The notes beneath the pieces were generated by a model. It made no database searches and was not told the DNA's origin. It worked only from the letters and a program-made list of their open reading frames with translations. The translations under genes and the position numbers were made by a program. Below, piece by piece: positions 29,516 through 45,216 of a DNA stretch of 64,000 nucleotides; position 1 is the first letter of the stretch; each line of letters starts with the position of its first letter. This DNA comes from Camelus dromedarius (taxonomy: Eukaryota), in contig NC_087472.1 of NCBI RefSeq assembly GCF_036321535.1, forward strand, positions 100,814,001 through 100,878,000, given 5' to 3'.

Positions 29516-29924
29516 TAACATTTAAGAAATCTGACGTTAAATATATTAAATGAATGGAAATTCAATTGTTTAACTTTTAAACTAGTATAAATGCCTAATG
29601 GTTCCGGTTATCTTAGTATTTTCCTCTGTGTTAGCTTTCACCAGGTACCATGCTGACACTTAGTAATTACATTGGGTAATGATTTAACAAAAGAAGTTCA
29701 GTTATTTTTAACTAAAAGAGACAAAAGGCAGAAAACATGAAATTGTATTTAATTCAGTTCTTCTACTTTATTCTATTTACATTTTAAAAGTTACCAAATA
29801 ATTAAAGCCCTGATAAATAAATATTGATTGCGTGAAAGAACATACTGACACAACCCAACTGATTTAAGAGATAATTTATGCCTAATTAACCTGAATGAGC
29901 CTTGAAGTTTTTTTTAAATAGCAT

Positions 29925-30175
29925 CTCTCAATCTGTGTTCAGAAGAACACCAGTGCTGTAAAATTATATTTTTTAAAAAGTATTTAGTATTTAATTAAAT
30001 TTGGGAAATGTTAGGAAATGCTTCTTTACTGTGGGATTTCTCAAAGCCTTTATAAGTTAATGAATATTGTGAATCTCTAAGAAAGGTTATATGGTATGTG
30101 GCCTTTCTGAAAGGTATGCCCCCATCCCACCTCCACCCCCACACCTATTTACACAGTGTTCTTTGGAACACAGAT
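29925..30175. mobile_element. hAT-type DNA transposon remnant
   Basis: Ends tctcaatctgtgttcagaagaacac ... gtgttctttggaacacaga form degenerate inverted repeats. Confidence 0.45.
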
Positions 30176-30729
30176 TAACATAGTTTTAAAGCACAGCAAA
30201 GTTCTGAGAGTGCTGCTCAGCAATTTCCAACTGTGCTAAATATGCCTTTAAAGGCTCTGTGCAGTGTTTTTGACGGTTGATTTAATGGCCATAAAATAAA
30301 ATTGATCCATTAACCAGTGTTTTTTTGAAGGTCTACTATCAAATAACTAGCACTAACTTATGTACTGGCTGGCTGCAATAAAAGCTGGAGAAATGAAAAA
30401 GTTGTTCTCACTCAAGGGGCTATCTACTTGGATAGCAAAACTAGAGTAAAAACCCGTGAGAACATTTTCAGTGGCCCAGAGCAGGAAGACCTTCTGGACA
30501 GGGGCAGGAGCATGAGGAAAAACAGTCAGGCAGGGTAGTAGCAGGAATCCTGGTTGTCAAAAGAACAGCCAGAGAGAAATCCAGTTAGAAAAAGAGCCAA
30601 ATTAGATGCACTGATAAAATAATCTCATGGGAGGCCTTAAATATCATGGTAAAAAAGTTAGAATCTCTTTCTTTTCCACATTCATTTTAAGATTTGTTTT
30701 AAAACCTTATGCCTGAGCAGCTCAAGTGC

Positions 30730-30804
30730 TGAATGAATGAATGAATGAATGGATGAATGAATGAATGAATGAATGAATGAATGAATAAATAAATAAATAA
30801 ATAA
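30730..30804 (+). repeat. Compound (TGAA)n(TAAA)n microsatellite
   Basis: Read directly. Confidence 0.95.
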
Positions 30805-31011
30805 TTTCTTCTTATTATATTTAGACTGTTATTATTCTGTCCATTTTAGGAATCTAATTTAGGCATCTCATAGCCCTGTCTAGATGGAATAATGTTAGAA
30901 TACTAAACACTGCCGCAATTGTAATGCCTCTTAACACAACATAATCCCCCATTAGACATCACTATACATTTATTAACAAAACATTTAATTCAAAGAAGTG
31001 GGCTATGGTCA

Positions 31012-31281
<270 letters not shown>

Positions 31282-32919
31282 TCATATGTATATTAGTTTT
31301 GGCATCTGAATATTAGGTTAGGCATTAATAGGATTGGGTGTTAAATAACAGGAAAACTCACAGGTGAAAGAGGATACTTAAATCTAGTCAGTAAATACTG
31401 AAGCATGTAAAACAAAATACAAAAATTTGAAACTGATTTAAGCAGTTTCTACAGTATTGTCTGCTTATATAGATAATTCAGTTAGAATATAGTTCATACA
31501 GAATTTGCTTATACAGACAATTCTTACACCTTTTTCACAACAATGTATCATTTACTGAAAATCAGAGAAGTAAAAAAAAGAGAAAAAGATCAGTACCTGA
31601 AAGGCTACAGAAGTAGAAATAATACATTCAGACACGTTTTATTATTCCTTTTAATATACTCTTTGAATGACCTGTTTTCAATTCCTTCCTTTACATAAGT
31701 TGGAATAGAAGGCAAACAGGCTCCTAAATTAACAAACGCATTTTTAAATAAAATGAGGGGAAAGGTTCAAGTTTATTCAGATGCTCTGTCCTTCCCTTTG
31801 CCAACTCACATTTCACAATATTTGGATGGTAACGTATTAGCGCCCAATGCCTTCTACTCCTCCTCGTGGGAGGGTGGTTTCCTTGAAACCAACATAAGAG
31901 CATTTCAAAGCCTGAAATCCTTAAACATGCTAAGTAAGTGGATGGGAGGAATAGTTAAACAGGAAAATTCAAAACAAGGTATTTAAGAGTAATTAAGACA
32001 TCATACCCCAACAGCGCTAGGCATGGCAGGAGATACAGAATATGGGTAAGACCTAAACCTTGCAGGTAAGCAATCCTCAGTCTGCTTGTGAGGGCAATCA
32101 CTATGAAACTGTGTAGCCGTGAATTCTAGTTGAAGCTCAGAGAAAGGAGAGACCAAGGTGGTTTGCAGCTGTAGAAGAAAGAATCCATATGCAATATCTG
32201 AACTAGCTTTTGAAAGATAAGAAAAAATGTAAGGACAGAGAAAAGTAGGACAGCACCTTCTAGATAGAGAAAGTAGAAGGAATAACATGGATTTAACATA
32301 GACACACAGGCAATAACCTAAAACTGGTTTCTGAGAGAAGTGATGCTATGTGAGGCATTTTAGCAATTGTTATTCCTCTTATTTTAGAGGAAGATGACAA
32401 TCAGAAAGTTCAAATAACTGGTTCAAGGCAGGTTACATAATCAAAAAGCAGAAGAACTAGTATTTGCATCCAAACTAGTATTTGATCCAAACCCATATTC
32501 TTTCTAAACCTAGGTACCTCTCCTAAAGGAGGTACAGAGGTTCCTCTGGATGTTACTGGAGCATTAAATATCAGCCCAAAGAGAGACACCTGTCATGCTG
32601 TGATAAAAGGCTTTATACCAGTTGATTTTAATTAATATTTTGCTTATGAGGTTTATCTTATGCTACCAGATATCCCACTCCTCCTTGTTTTCCGGAAGCA
32701 ACATTTCATCAATAAGGAAATCAACACCAAAAGTCAAAAGGTATTAGAAATACGATTTAAAAATGACCTAACTCCTAACTTTAAAAAATTAATCTATGTG
32801 CTTTTGAATGAAAGATACCATTCTCATATGAGATAACTCAACAAATAACCAAAACTCAAGCATATAAGTTGGAAGTATATCCCAGTCAGTAGTTTGTTTT
32901 TTTCTAAGAGTGTCTCTTT

Positions 32920-33130
32920 ACTAAGCACTTACTATGTGTCAGGCACTGGTCTGGGCATTTTACATATATTATAACATTTAACCTTCACAACAACCCCTTC
33001 GGGTGGTCCTTCTGTTATTGTCATTTTATGCATGAAGGCAGAGTGGCACAGGAAACTTGCCCAGGGTCATTCAAGTAGTAAATATGGAGCCAGGCTTTGA
33101 ACCCCAGCAGCCTAACTCCAGAGACTATGC
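32920..33130 (-). mobile_element. MIR SINE
   Basis: gcacttactatgtgtcaggcactg...tttaaccttcacaacaaccc...cttgcccagggtca...ggagccaggctttgaacccc. Confidence 0.8.
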
Positions 33131-33999
33131 CCTATATTATGGGACAGCAATTGTTATTTTTTCAAACTAATGCATACCACTAGAGCAACATCTTGTTGAT
33201 TTTCCAATCTCTACACAACTGAATCAAAATGCAAATCACACTGGACTGGTTCCTAGTGAGCCCACGTTTCATGGCAATTGCAGTTCACACACCCTGTACG
33301 CTTAGCTGTCTGTCACAGACATTCTCAAGTAAATGATAAAGGAAGATTTTTCCCTCAAAAGATGTGGTCAAAACTCCAAAAAGATTAAACTAATTTAGTT
33401 AAAACATAACAAACACTTTCAGAATAAAAAGTAAAAATATTAAGGTTTATAAAAACTAAAGTGTCAAGGAAGTAGCAATTTTTCCAAAGGATATTTAAAA
33501 GCAGCACCACCATGTGCTGTTTAGCATTTTACAGATAATACTATTTAGTGAGGAGGTCTGTGAACGAACAGGGCCAGAGACAAATGAGGAAAAGACCTCC
33601 TTCATTTGGCCTATCTAATCCAAATGCTAGTCATTCTTCAACAGCCATTTCAAAGTTTCAAATCCTCCATAAATCATTCCTAGTGAATCCAGCCAACTAT
33701 GATTTCTAACTTTCTGGAATGTTTAACATTCTTGAGGTCTCAACTATATTTAGATGTATCAGAAAACAGTACAATGTAGTAAAGAATGCAGTACTTTATT
33801 ACATGACACACTTTATTATAAATTGTATTGCTTTGTAATTATTTCATGCACAAAAGTCTTAATTCTTCAGCTAGTTTATAAATTATTAAAGCCAGGTACC
33901 ATGGCAGATCTGCTTACACTCTCTTCAGAAAATCCAGCTTAGAGCCTCTTTATCCAGGCAAAGAACAAGGCAGCCAGCAGACTAAGCTTGATATTCCAT

Positions 34000-35200
34000 G
34001 TCAAACATTCAATCACATAATACTATTCAAACTAGTAGGCACTATTCCAGATATGTTGTGAATATAGTGGTGACCATGATAGCTCATTTCTTTAAGGAAT
34101 TCATTATTCCAGTGAGGATACATATTTGCAAACAGCTATTTAAAAGAGACTGCAATGTGTGCTTCTACAGCTATGACCAGGGTGTTGCAGGAGTACAGAA
34201 GGGGAAGGGAACAATTCTTCAGGAGAATCTAGAAGGACTTCATGGAAGGAGGATGCTTGACCTGAATCTGGGGAATGGAGGACAAAGAACTTTCCAGAAA
34301 GTGGGGTGAGTACTGGGAGAATTATAGAAATGGAAATGCAGCACTGTAGAAGCAACATGTCAAGGAAATGGTGACAAGTTCAATGTGGCTGCAGAGTAGG
34401 GGGCAGGGGTAGGAAAACGTGAGAGACAAGGCTGGAGGGCTAGGAGCAAGGGGTTTTAATACTATCTTCTATCTTGAGGAGTTTAAACTTAATGAACAAC
34501 CCTGTGTAGGTTTTTAAATACAAAGGAGACAGAATTAAATGTGAGGTTTGCAAGAAGATCATTCTAAAAGCAATGTGAAGACTGAAGAGGGAAAGTTGGA
34601 GAGATCAGTTTGGGAGCGCAGTTCAAGTGAAAGGTGGTAAGAGTGAAGGAGGCATTAAAGATGGAGAGGAGAAAAATACAGCTGGGCTTGACTGCTGAGA
34701 ACACAGATTGGTTCAAGAGATAATTCATATACTCATCGAGTCCCTACTACACGTGCTGGGCGAGGCTAGATGCTGGAAATACAGCAAGAAAACAGATGAT
34801 TTTTGACAGTTAATTTAAAAATAGACAAAATAATTACATACTGTGATAAGTGATATGATGGAAAAAGAAGGGTGCTCTGGGAAACACCAAGAAGGAGGTG
34901 GGGAAGTATGGTGGGAAGTCAGAGAAAGGGGGTGTTCTTGGAGCTGAGATTTATAAAATGAGAAGGTGCCAGACATGGGAAGTGCCTTTCTGGGAGGAGC
35001 CACAAGTCCCAAATTTATGAAGCTGCAACAACCTTGGGATGTTTACGAAAGTTAGAGAAAAAGAAAGGCAAGTGTGGTGAAAGTCTGGAGAGGGAGGGGA
35101 ATGGGAAGAGGAATGAGCTGAGGTCAGGGAGCTAGAAGGGCCCAGATCAGGCAAGGTCTGCTGGGAAGGAGTCTGGACATATTCTAAGTAAACCAAGAAT
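34000..35200 (-). mobile_element. Two L2 fragments
   Basis: Tails cattcaatcac...taggcactattccagat and ttcatatactcatcgagtccctactacacgtgctggg; body motifs gaagatcattct and ggagagatcagtttgggag. Confidence 0.6.
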
Positions 35201-36337
35201 TCATTAGTTATGACTCACTTTATATCTGAATAGAATAGATTTTCCTTTCTGCTGGGCTGAGGGCAAGCCCAATTTACTGTCATATTTTCAGCATCTAGTA
35301 TGCCAAATGATCACTAACTGATCATTTGCAGCCTAATTAATGGTCATAATTTGGCTATTTGTGGCAAAAATAAAAGGAGAAAAGAAACTTGCTTGAGGTA
35401 ACTCAGATTTAGAAGAGAGACAGAAAGCAGGAAGAGAAATGAAAGAGAAATGTTCGCACTTCTGTTCCTTCATCTATTCCTCACTCACCAAGCTGAGCAG
35501 GAGGGGTACTGTGTTGGGCACTGTGTGTGTGAGGAGGGGTGCTCTTCAAAGGGAAATGAACCGAGGTCCAGAAAGTCAAAGGAAAATAACAAAGCGCTTT
35601 ACAGGTGTCAAGAAAACATAGTTTGAGAATTACACATTTAAGAGAAAGAAGGGGTGCTGGTGAGCTTATTTTATAGTTCCCACAAGGACCACCAACTGGC
35701 ATGTTGGCCCAAACAGGGTAATTGAAAACCAAAAACGCAGCTTTGGGGGTAGGTGGAAGAGAGAAGCAGTCTATAACTGGCCACTCCAGTAAAATGCCTC
35801 TGTGACTTGGTTAGCCCTCATTTGGGGAAAGTTTATACTTTAAGACCCTTTTCAGCATATTTTCTGAAAACAAGTTTTGTACAAAGTTAGCAAGTCCAGA
35901 AAAAGCTCCCCACTAGTTTGGAAAGAAGATGTGATGTTTCACTGTCAACAGACAGACAAGAAATAACTCACTAGAACAGCACCTTTAAACCTGCAGAATG
36001 AGAGTATTCATAGTCCTCCTCAAATCACTATAAATGTTTGCTCAAATAAGCAACAGCCATTTATACATATTTGTATCTTTTGGGGATGCTAATATTTTGC
36101 ATAAAGAAACAGTCTGAGATAACCAAAGTTTAGACTATAACAATGCAAACACTAGAAAAGATTTTGAAAAATTGGAACTTACAAATTAGGAAAAATATTA
36201 GCAGCTCCCAGTTTCAATTTTAGACTTTTAAAAATTCACAAATACTATATAAGATTCAAGAATAAAATATTATAATGGGGATTATAAGTATTGTAATAGG
36301 AAATGGAATAGTATTCAATGGATAGCTTAGCACTCTA

Positions 36338-36616
<279 letters not shown>

Positions 36617-39216
36617 TTATCTTGGCAACTGAAGAAATACATTTTAATAATTTCCAAATTATTTTGAACAGATTCATGATTTAAAGCACATTTGTGTATT
36701 TAAGGAATTAGAAAGTACTACATGGACAAAAGTGAGGCTAAAAAAAAGGAATTATGGCTATCAAAGTAAAAATTCAGAACACAAGTGAAAAAAAATCTAT
36801 GCTAATAAAGCCATGGGTTTAATAACAATTTAGTCACTATACACTGATTTGAAATCTATTCACATCTGGATATATTTTTAACATGAAAGGCTTAATAAAC
36901 CCTAAATACAGCACACATGTCTGATGAGTTAACACTTGGAGAATGAAATGCTCCCAAGAAATGTATTTTCTAGGTAACTATCCTTTAGCTCTCCAATTAT
37001 CAACAAGTTACACTTATATGAGTTCAGCCTATTAAAATGTACCACTGACTTATGTGTCTTCTTAAACAACAAACACTGAATATTATTTAACCTCTGACTG
37101 CACAGAGTCAAAACAGCTAAGATTGTGCTAAACTCCACTGGATTATTTACTTCAATCTATTTGTACCATTTGTTTATAGAGCTTTATGACACCTACTTCC
37201 CTTAAAGCATTTTTTCCACTTATTTGGGGGTTTATAGCTATTGTCCAGAATCTGAGTTTACCAGAGGGCTTTTGGAGTATTACTGTTGCTAATAAATGGA
37301 GGCTATACATGAAAATCTAGGTATCCGTCAAAAGCTTTGTATGTATACACCAATATCTATAGCCTTAAGTCAAATTATATATGGCAGTTTAAGAAATCAT
37401 ATTTTCTTTAGTTTCAAACACAAATTATGTAAGCTTAAGAAGGGAAAGCCAAAATAAAATACCTGAAAAAAATATGGGATGAAATTTTAGAATGCCATAG
37501 TGATATAGTATTAATATAAAACTTTTAACAAATACTCTAAAGCACTTTTAACATCATACAGAATGAGTTTCTAGGATAATAAATCACTGCAATAGTAGTT
37601 CAATATTTTATTTATCTCATTTCCTCCCACAAAAACCTAAGAACCATATTAGGAAACTTCATTTAGATTTTTTTGGTAGCTTGTTGGGAAGAGAAGGATA
37701 CTGATCTTTCATACAAGTATGAGAAAACTTGTGCTAGATGGAGAAACTTATGGAAAATCTTTACATACCCACCACAAGCTATTTTTCTTCTATCAACTAT
37801 TTTGAATAATTTATGCAGCTGTAACTGCTCTGAGTGTCAAGGACAAAATGTTGAGAATGTACAAAAATATGTAAATTCTTCATGTTAACCAAATATCAAC
37901 GGATATCAATGGGATTTTTATACAAATAATATGGTTCTTTAACTAGTATTTGACAATCATTTAATCAGCAATATTCAATTTGGCCCAAATTAGTTGGAGT
38001 CCCTACTTTTGGTAGCTCCCATATATCTCAAAACATAACCTCAGTTTTCCAATAGTTATTATTAGGCAACAAACACTCCCTGAAGTTTCACAATAAGGCT
38101 GTCCTCAGAGTGAACTCTTCAGGGCCATCTTATAGACAAAAAAATATTATAACAAGTCCTTCCACATCCTTGAATTCTCAGATGGGGTTCTAAGAATGAT
38201 CTACTTCATACTCATTTCTTCCTTGGCAAATACTATCTGGTAAATTTAAACTCCCAATCTCTTCCAAAGAATGGACAGATGACTGGACTAGGCAACAGAG
38301 TGAGTCCAGACAGAGGTACACAGGAGAAACACAGACAAAAGAAAATCAATCCTAAATCCAAGTTTAAAATTGAGCACAGAAATTCTAAAATCTAGCCATA
38401 CAAAGAGGTATAATAAAATGACTAGCCACCATCTGTATCACAGGATAAAGCACAAGCTTTTGATTTCTTAAAAAAAAAGTAAAGCTTTCAATAACTGACA
38501 CCAATAATTCTTATAGGCTCTAGGTCAGCAATGAAACAAGAAATACTACCAAATGGCTGACAGGCACTGGGAAATCAACTGTTAATTTCAAAATAAATCC
38601 TCAGTGAGTAAACTTAAACACTATATGACTATACCATCATAATCTTCTGAAGAAATACAGAAATTCACATTTCTATTATATAAAAAGTATCTTTCAAAAA
38701 TTAAATTTCTCATGCCCCCTAGATACATGTACAGTACACTAAAGAAAAGAGATGGAACCTATAATTTGTTCACTGGCCATCATTATCACCATATTTAATT
38801 TTATTTGTAGAGTGTGCCTTCTATCTCCATTCTTTGATGGTCCCAAAGAAGAAAATACAATCTAGGAAAAATTAAAAAATAGCACAACTAGGATAGGCAG
38901 AGAACTATTAATGAAACTATGTGATGGAGATCATGACTACAGGCTCCTTCTTAGGCTCTAAAGTTAAACATATTAAAAAGAAAAATAATCTTATCAGAGG
39001 ACCTTTTTCTAGTGTTGACAGATGAAGAGCACTGAAAGTGGAAGGGTGGCACAAAGTGGATGGATATGAAGGTGTTGCTGAGAAAATCATCAATGTAGTA
39101 CTAGTCTGAATAGCCATTTATCATCAAACAGGATTTACACTGTTCAGAAGAAAAATGGTATTTGGTTCAATATTTATAGCCCAGTAGCTAGGCATAAGCG
39201 ATACTCTGTAAGTATT

Positions 39217-39304
39217 GGCTTTTTGTTTTTAAATTGAAGTATCATCAGTTACAATGTGTCGATTTCTGGTGTACAGCACAATGTCCCAGTCATGCATATA
39301 TCCA
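39217..39304 (-). mobile_element. Short 5'-truncated L1 3' end inserted in an L2 tail
   Basis: T tract followed by aaattgaagtatcatcagttacaatgtgtcgatttctggtgtacagcacaatg (L1 3'UTR-like); TSD taagtatt at 39209-39216 and 39305-39312; flanks rejoin into an L2 tail ending gttgaatgaatgaatgaa. Confidence 0.7.
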
Positions 39305-39372
39305 TAAGTATTTGTTGAATGAATGAATGAACAGACCGATAATCCAGAATGTCACATTCTTAATGTGGAAGA

Positions 39373-40028
39373 TTGTTAACAAAGATGGTAGCGATAATTC
39401 CCTCCATTTCTGAACACCTGCTACTTTGTTTTTTGGTTTTTTGGGGGGAGGGGGCAGGTAATTTACTTATTTACTTATTTTTAATGGAAATACTGGGGGC
39501 TGAACTCTGGATCTTGTGTATGCTAAGCATGCACTCTATCACTGAGCTATACCCTCCTCCTGCCACTTCGTAATATGGCTTTGCCACTCTTCCCATCAAG
39601 GGGTGAAGTTTATTCCTCCATTCCTTGAATCAGGGCTTAGCCAAATAACATGCTTTGGCCAATGAGGCAAAAGTCATACAAAGAGGCTTGAAAACCACCA
39701 TTGCTTTAGGGCTTGCCCTCTGCTCAAGGAATTCTTCCATTATCATGTGAATAAACTTGGACTAACCTACTGGAGGATGAGTCCCCATGGAACAGAGATG
39801 GTCTGTCCCAGTTGAGGCCCCCTCTAAATCAGCCAGCCTCCAGACGACCTGCTGACTGACTGTAGCTACATGAGCAACTCCAACTGAGACCAGGAGAAGA
39901 ATCATCCAGTTAAACTCAAATCGCTGACTCCTCCAAACTGCTGGCACCCAGAATTGAGTGAATAAAATGGTGCTTGTTTTATGCCATTAAGTTTTTAGAT
40001 GGTTTGTTACACTGCAATAGGTAACTGG
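39373..40028 (+). mobile_element. MaLR (MLT1-type) solo LTR
   Basis: Typical motifs cttcccatcaag, ccttgaatcagggc and tgctttggccaatg; 3' end aataaaatggtgcttgttttatgccattaagttt...gtttgttacactgcaatag. Confidence 0.75.
39429..39558 (-). mobile_element. tRNA-Ala-derived SINE, vic-1-like, longer form, inserted in an MLT1 LTR
   Basis: Same tRNA-like head (GGGTATAGCTCAGTGATAGAGTGCATGCTTAGCAT), then AATTACCTGCCCCC and an A-rich tail; imperfect TSD cctgctactttg / cctgccacttcg. Confidence 0.85.
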
Positions 40029-40132
40029 TGTTTAATTAGCTCAAGTTCTTATCTTCCATAGATGATCTCAAAGCTAATGATGGAGGATCAGCAGATATGT
40101 AGATGCCATTCTATTTGGGGAGGGTAACTCAC

Positions 40133-40223
40133 CCAAGTAAGAGTTCTGGGGACCGATACCACCTGGTGGCCACATATTCTGTATAATTAGCATTATTGCC
40201 TTCTGATAGATTTCGAGCAAAAC
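40133..40223 (-). CDS. CDKL5: CDKL5 exon 8 (91 nt), [31 protein letters not shown], activation loop with TEY
   Basis: Within ORF 40129..40317; acceptor ctttcag|GTT; donor TGG|gtgagt. Confidence 0.98.
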
Positions 40224-42309
40224 CTGAAAGATAGCAAAGCCCAAAGGTGAAATTTTGAAAAAGAATTTCATGCTGACAAAATATTTCAGTGCTAGTAATA
40301 TCTTCAAGGAACATCAAAAGAATATAATGATTGGTACTGAATGGGCTGTTTATTAACAGTGCCCTTGTTACTTAAAAAAGTTAGTCCAGTGTTCACACAT
40401 GAATTAAAATATACAATATATTGACTACAAAACCAGTCTCTCCTCTAAGATAAAGAAATCCATGTTTTTGAAGTCACCGCACGCTTTTATAAGCATTCAG
40501 AGCGTATTTTAAAATCAGCTTTTCCAATAAATGAAAATCTTAGGAACAAAACAAAGTCTCCAGAAGAGCCAGAAGTCAAAGCTAAACTAGCATATCACAG
40601 ACAGCTATTAAATCTGCTATGTGGGACTTACATAGTATTTGTGTATTTATTATTCCTGATCAGCTCTGGACATTATGTAAACAACTAATGCTTGGGGTTG
40701 GCAATGATAGAAACAGAGCAGGCCAAAATGATTTTTATCTCCAAACGTGATTGAGAAGCATATTAGGGTATCTTAATTACCTTATAGACTATTGCTACTT
40801 TTCCCCTTGCAACTCTTTCATAAGGTTTTGGGGTCACAAAATAAACTGGCAGGTTTTAATTATCCATCTAACTCACCAAAAACAATTTATGGGTTCATTG
40901 TAAAGAGAATCAGAATATTAAAATTAAGGTGTATGTCAGTTTCCAAAAGTGTAAAATGATGTTTCTTAAAATGGAACAGTAAAAAAATAAAAATAACCAT
41001 AGCAAAAAACCCCACAAAACCCCTAACTTCAGTTAATCAATACTTCTTTGTAAGACATATTTAGAAGAAACATTTGCATTTTTTATTGGGATTCTTCAAG
41101 GCAGACAAAGGAGTTACACACTCTGGGAGGGAAAAAAATTAGTAAGTTCTTACTGGGGATGAACAGGGCACAAAATGCATATGTGGTACTGCCATGTGGA
41201 AGCCATGTGCCATTTCTGACCATTTAAAAATAACTTTTCTTTAAGAAATGATGCTGGACCAAGGATACTCTTCCTCTTATACCATTCTACAGGCATCCCT
41301 TTGTATTTATAACTTTAGCTTCTAAGTACTTCTTAGGACGTTTAGGTACAACAGGACTCTTCTTTGCAATATTTCTTATTATCATAAAATATGAAGAAAA
41401 TTAAGTTCTGTAAAACACTCTTCCTCAAGCAAACAGGTTCATAATATTCAAATTCTTTGAAAACAATGAGTGAAAACAGTGACACATGCTTCCAATTGCT
41501 GCACTGGCCAAAATCGACCATTCTGCTCCTATTTCTCACCTGTGCAATCCATCTCCTAAGTACTAATCTAACTTTTGCTTATGGTAAGGAGATACATTCT
41601 CATTTATAAGTGGAGGTTCACAATGTGTGCATGATTAGCTGACCATAAGAAAAAAATAAACTTTTTTAAAAGTCAAGTTATTTTTCAGCATATGGATTAA
41701 GCAAAAATATAGTTTTTAAAGTGACCCATGACCTAGACATTCTAATTCATAGTTTTAAAACTTTTCTGAATTATTTTAATTTAAATTTTTAATAGTGCTT
41801 AATACAGAGTTTTATATACATGAAAAACTACAGTTTTCTACTGGGAGAAAGTACAACTCAAAACTTCCTTACATACTCAAAAAGGTGTTGGAAAATCATA
41901 CATCAGTTACTAATCTCATTCACTGAGCATTTAAAGGGAATAAATGGAATTGTTCTAAAAATGTCTTTTAACCTTACAGATACATAACTATTGCATATAC
42001 ACAATATATACATATTTACATAGTTATTGTTTCAGTGTTTGTGATTATGCCTAAACAATTTCTGTCAATATTTAAAATATTTTTAAAAAATTAAAATCCT
42101 ACCCAAACCAGAAGGCCATAGTGGTATTTCCTAGAAAATCCTTTTTCTGTGGTCACTGAGTCCTGGGCTTATGAATATATGTACATGCACGAATTTGCTT
42201 TGAATTCTCATTAAATAAATACTGTATGGTGAATTTTTTTTAAATAGTAGATAATATGCCTGTAAAAGCTACCTATGTGTTATAATTAATTCTGTACTTA
42301 CAGGGCTCA

Positions 42310-42411
<102 letters not shown>

Positions 42412-44233
42412 TTATTAAAAAAATGTTCCATGTACTGCTGATTGACACTGTTAGATCACTGTAATGACACTTAATTAGAAATATCCAGAATAATCTGAAT
42501 AGAAACCTGTGGCAGCAAAAAGCAGAGTAACACATTTTATGGTGGTACATAAAACTTTCAGTTAATTTCTTTTTGAGAAAAATGCGCACCACAATTTCAA
42601 AAATATTTTTTTCCCTTTATATCTTAGACACATTAATTGGATCTCTAAAATGAGTTTAAGAATGATTGAATCTAGGCCACCATACTTCAAGGAACTGTTT
42701 TTAATTTATAAAATACTAATGATACAAAATTTTGAAGACAGAGTATAAAATATTTATACAAGATAACTTAAAAATATACACTGAGAGTAAGTAGATGGCA
42801 TTATATTTACTAGAGGAAAAAATACATATAAGATACATTTTCTGTTATGATTTCCTGTATAATTTCTCTCCATATATATCTCCTTAGTTTTTCTGTGTGG
42901 TTCACAATTACAAATGTCTAGTGCTGAAGCTTTGCTGGATGAGTCAAAATAAGATTTCTCATTTTCTTCATGGATCTTTTGAAGATGTGGTGGGAGTTAA
43001 GGAGTAGAAATACACAGAAAATGCAGTTTAATTCCCCCCTTGGGAGGCATCTCACAATTCTATTTTTAGAGTAGCTACCATCTATATCATATGTTAGAAG
43101 TGAAAATGGACAAAGGGAAGAGGTAGGAGCAAAATTTATAGATTTCAGAATCATGGTTTCTACTGCTACTTCACAAACATTAATTCACTATATATTTAAC
43201 CAAATCACAGTATCACTATGGAAAGGCAGTTAAATCAGTTCCTTATTAATACCCCCAAACTGTAGTAGAAACTGTTATTAGAATCACCCTAGACATTGGA
43301 TGTCCAGTTGACCTGGAGATCTCTCCATGCCACCAACAACCTTGATAAGGTAACTGCTATGTATTTCTCTTGCATTTGACTTTCAAACTGTCTTTTTCCA
43401 GAAATAATAGGAGTTAGCATTCTCCATATGATATTTAAGCTATTTTTAAAGTGAGACTATTTTTAAAGTGATATTCCTATGTGTCTATACAGATAAATTA
43501 AAATGCAGTATTCATTTATCTGATAATTCAAAAATGAGAATTGGATATTGCAACATTTTCTGACAAACATCTTTTAGCTTCATTATCCTATCAATTTGTG
43601 TCCCTTTAATATAAAATTCTGGAGTGCAAGATATTATCAGAAGACAGATGGTATAGAGTCAAAGATGGTACTGAGCAAATAGTTTCCCTTTTATTGCTAT
43701 AAACCACCCACTTCATGGCAATAAAGAACAAAATAAAACAATTTATGGAAGTATAATCATGGCCTTTATGCAACATTGGTCATGCCTGCAACCTGCGAAC
43801 AATGGGCACTTTTCACTTACAGGTAGAGAAGATCAGGGGGTAAAGGCAAATACTGGAGATCGTGGTCTAAGAGGGAATGAGAAGTCACTGTCAATAGGGG
43901 TCAGTGACTTAGGACCACCTCTAAAGCCTGATCCTGGGTGGTTTCACATTACCTGGTCTACCTGCAAGACCAAAAGGCAATGGAGAGGATCTTTCCCCCA
44001 CTAGGTAGGCTTCAAAATTTACATTTGTTGAATTCTTTATATCACTAGGTGCTTCTACTGTTGAGAGTGGATCTGGTTATAGAAACAGAGATCTCACCAT
44101 AATATCCAAATAAATTTGCAGTCCATCCTTTTGGTGATACAAAAGGAGACTAGGAGTCCAAACAATGTCTCATATCCTGTACTTTCAAAATGTGTTTAAT
44201 TTAAATGGAATGTCAGTGCCTACGGAAACATTA

Positions 44234-44434
<201 letters not shown>

Positions 44435-45216
44435 CTAAAAATTAAACAGAGAGCCATTAATCTCCAAAACTAGGTAGGCACATGAATCATGTATTAGCAA
44501 TTTTAAAAAGCACCTTGGATGATAATTCATCCAATACACAGGATGCATTTTTAAAAACTGTTTTGCTTTCTATCTACAACCTTTTTCATGCTAAAGCAGG
44601 ATACTGTATTAAATGCAGATTCTCTTTTAAGAGAAATTCCGTTTTTACTATTCTCCAGTGTTGTCTCAAAAAATAACTCTGGGCACTTTTTTCACTCTCC
44701 CTAAAACCTTTCAGGCATCATTTTAGCATAATGTCAAGGAAAAAGCAACACAAAGTAGAGATAAGACAACTGTAATGTATAAAGGAGAGGGGAAATAGTC
44801 ATTTTAACATAGTGCATTGTATATCTTTAATAGGACTTTGCAGTAAAATCAAGCCTTGCAAATATTTCTGGGCGGCCTGGAAAATATTCTAGAAGAAATG
44901 ATCCCTAAGATTAGCAGTGATCAATACAATCAGTACAAAAATTTAGAGAGGCTAGAAAATACTGTTGAAATAAAAATTCACAGACTCCAAACAAATCAAC
45001 ATTCAAAATTCTTCGTTTGGAGTCAGACCATTCTTAAATTCATGCACAATTTTTTAAGTAGAAACTCCATTTAACCAGCTTCCACTGAATTCCCAGATTA
45101 ACCAAACGTTCTCCATTCCTTCTGTAAAGCACAGAGCCCAATTAGAGATTATTGTTTATTACTGTAAGGCCTACAGCACAGTTAGAGCTTATTGTTTGTA
45201 GATGACCATCAAGGAC

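Noticed and set aside
32456..32492. Short tandem duplications (actagtatttg(c)atccaa x2; also ctatttttaaagtga x2 near 43440)
   Set aside because: Ordinary slippage duplications with no sign of function.
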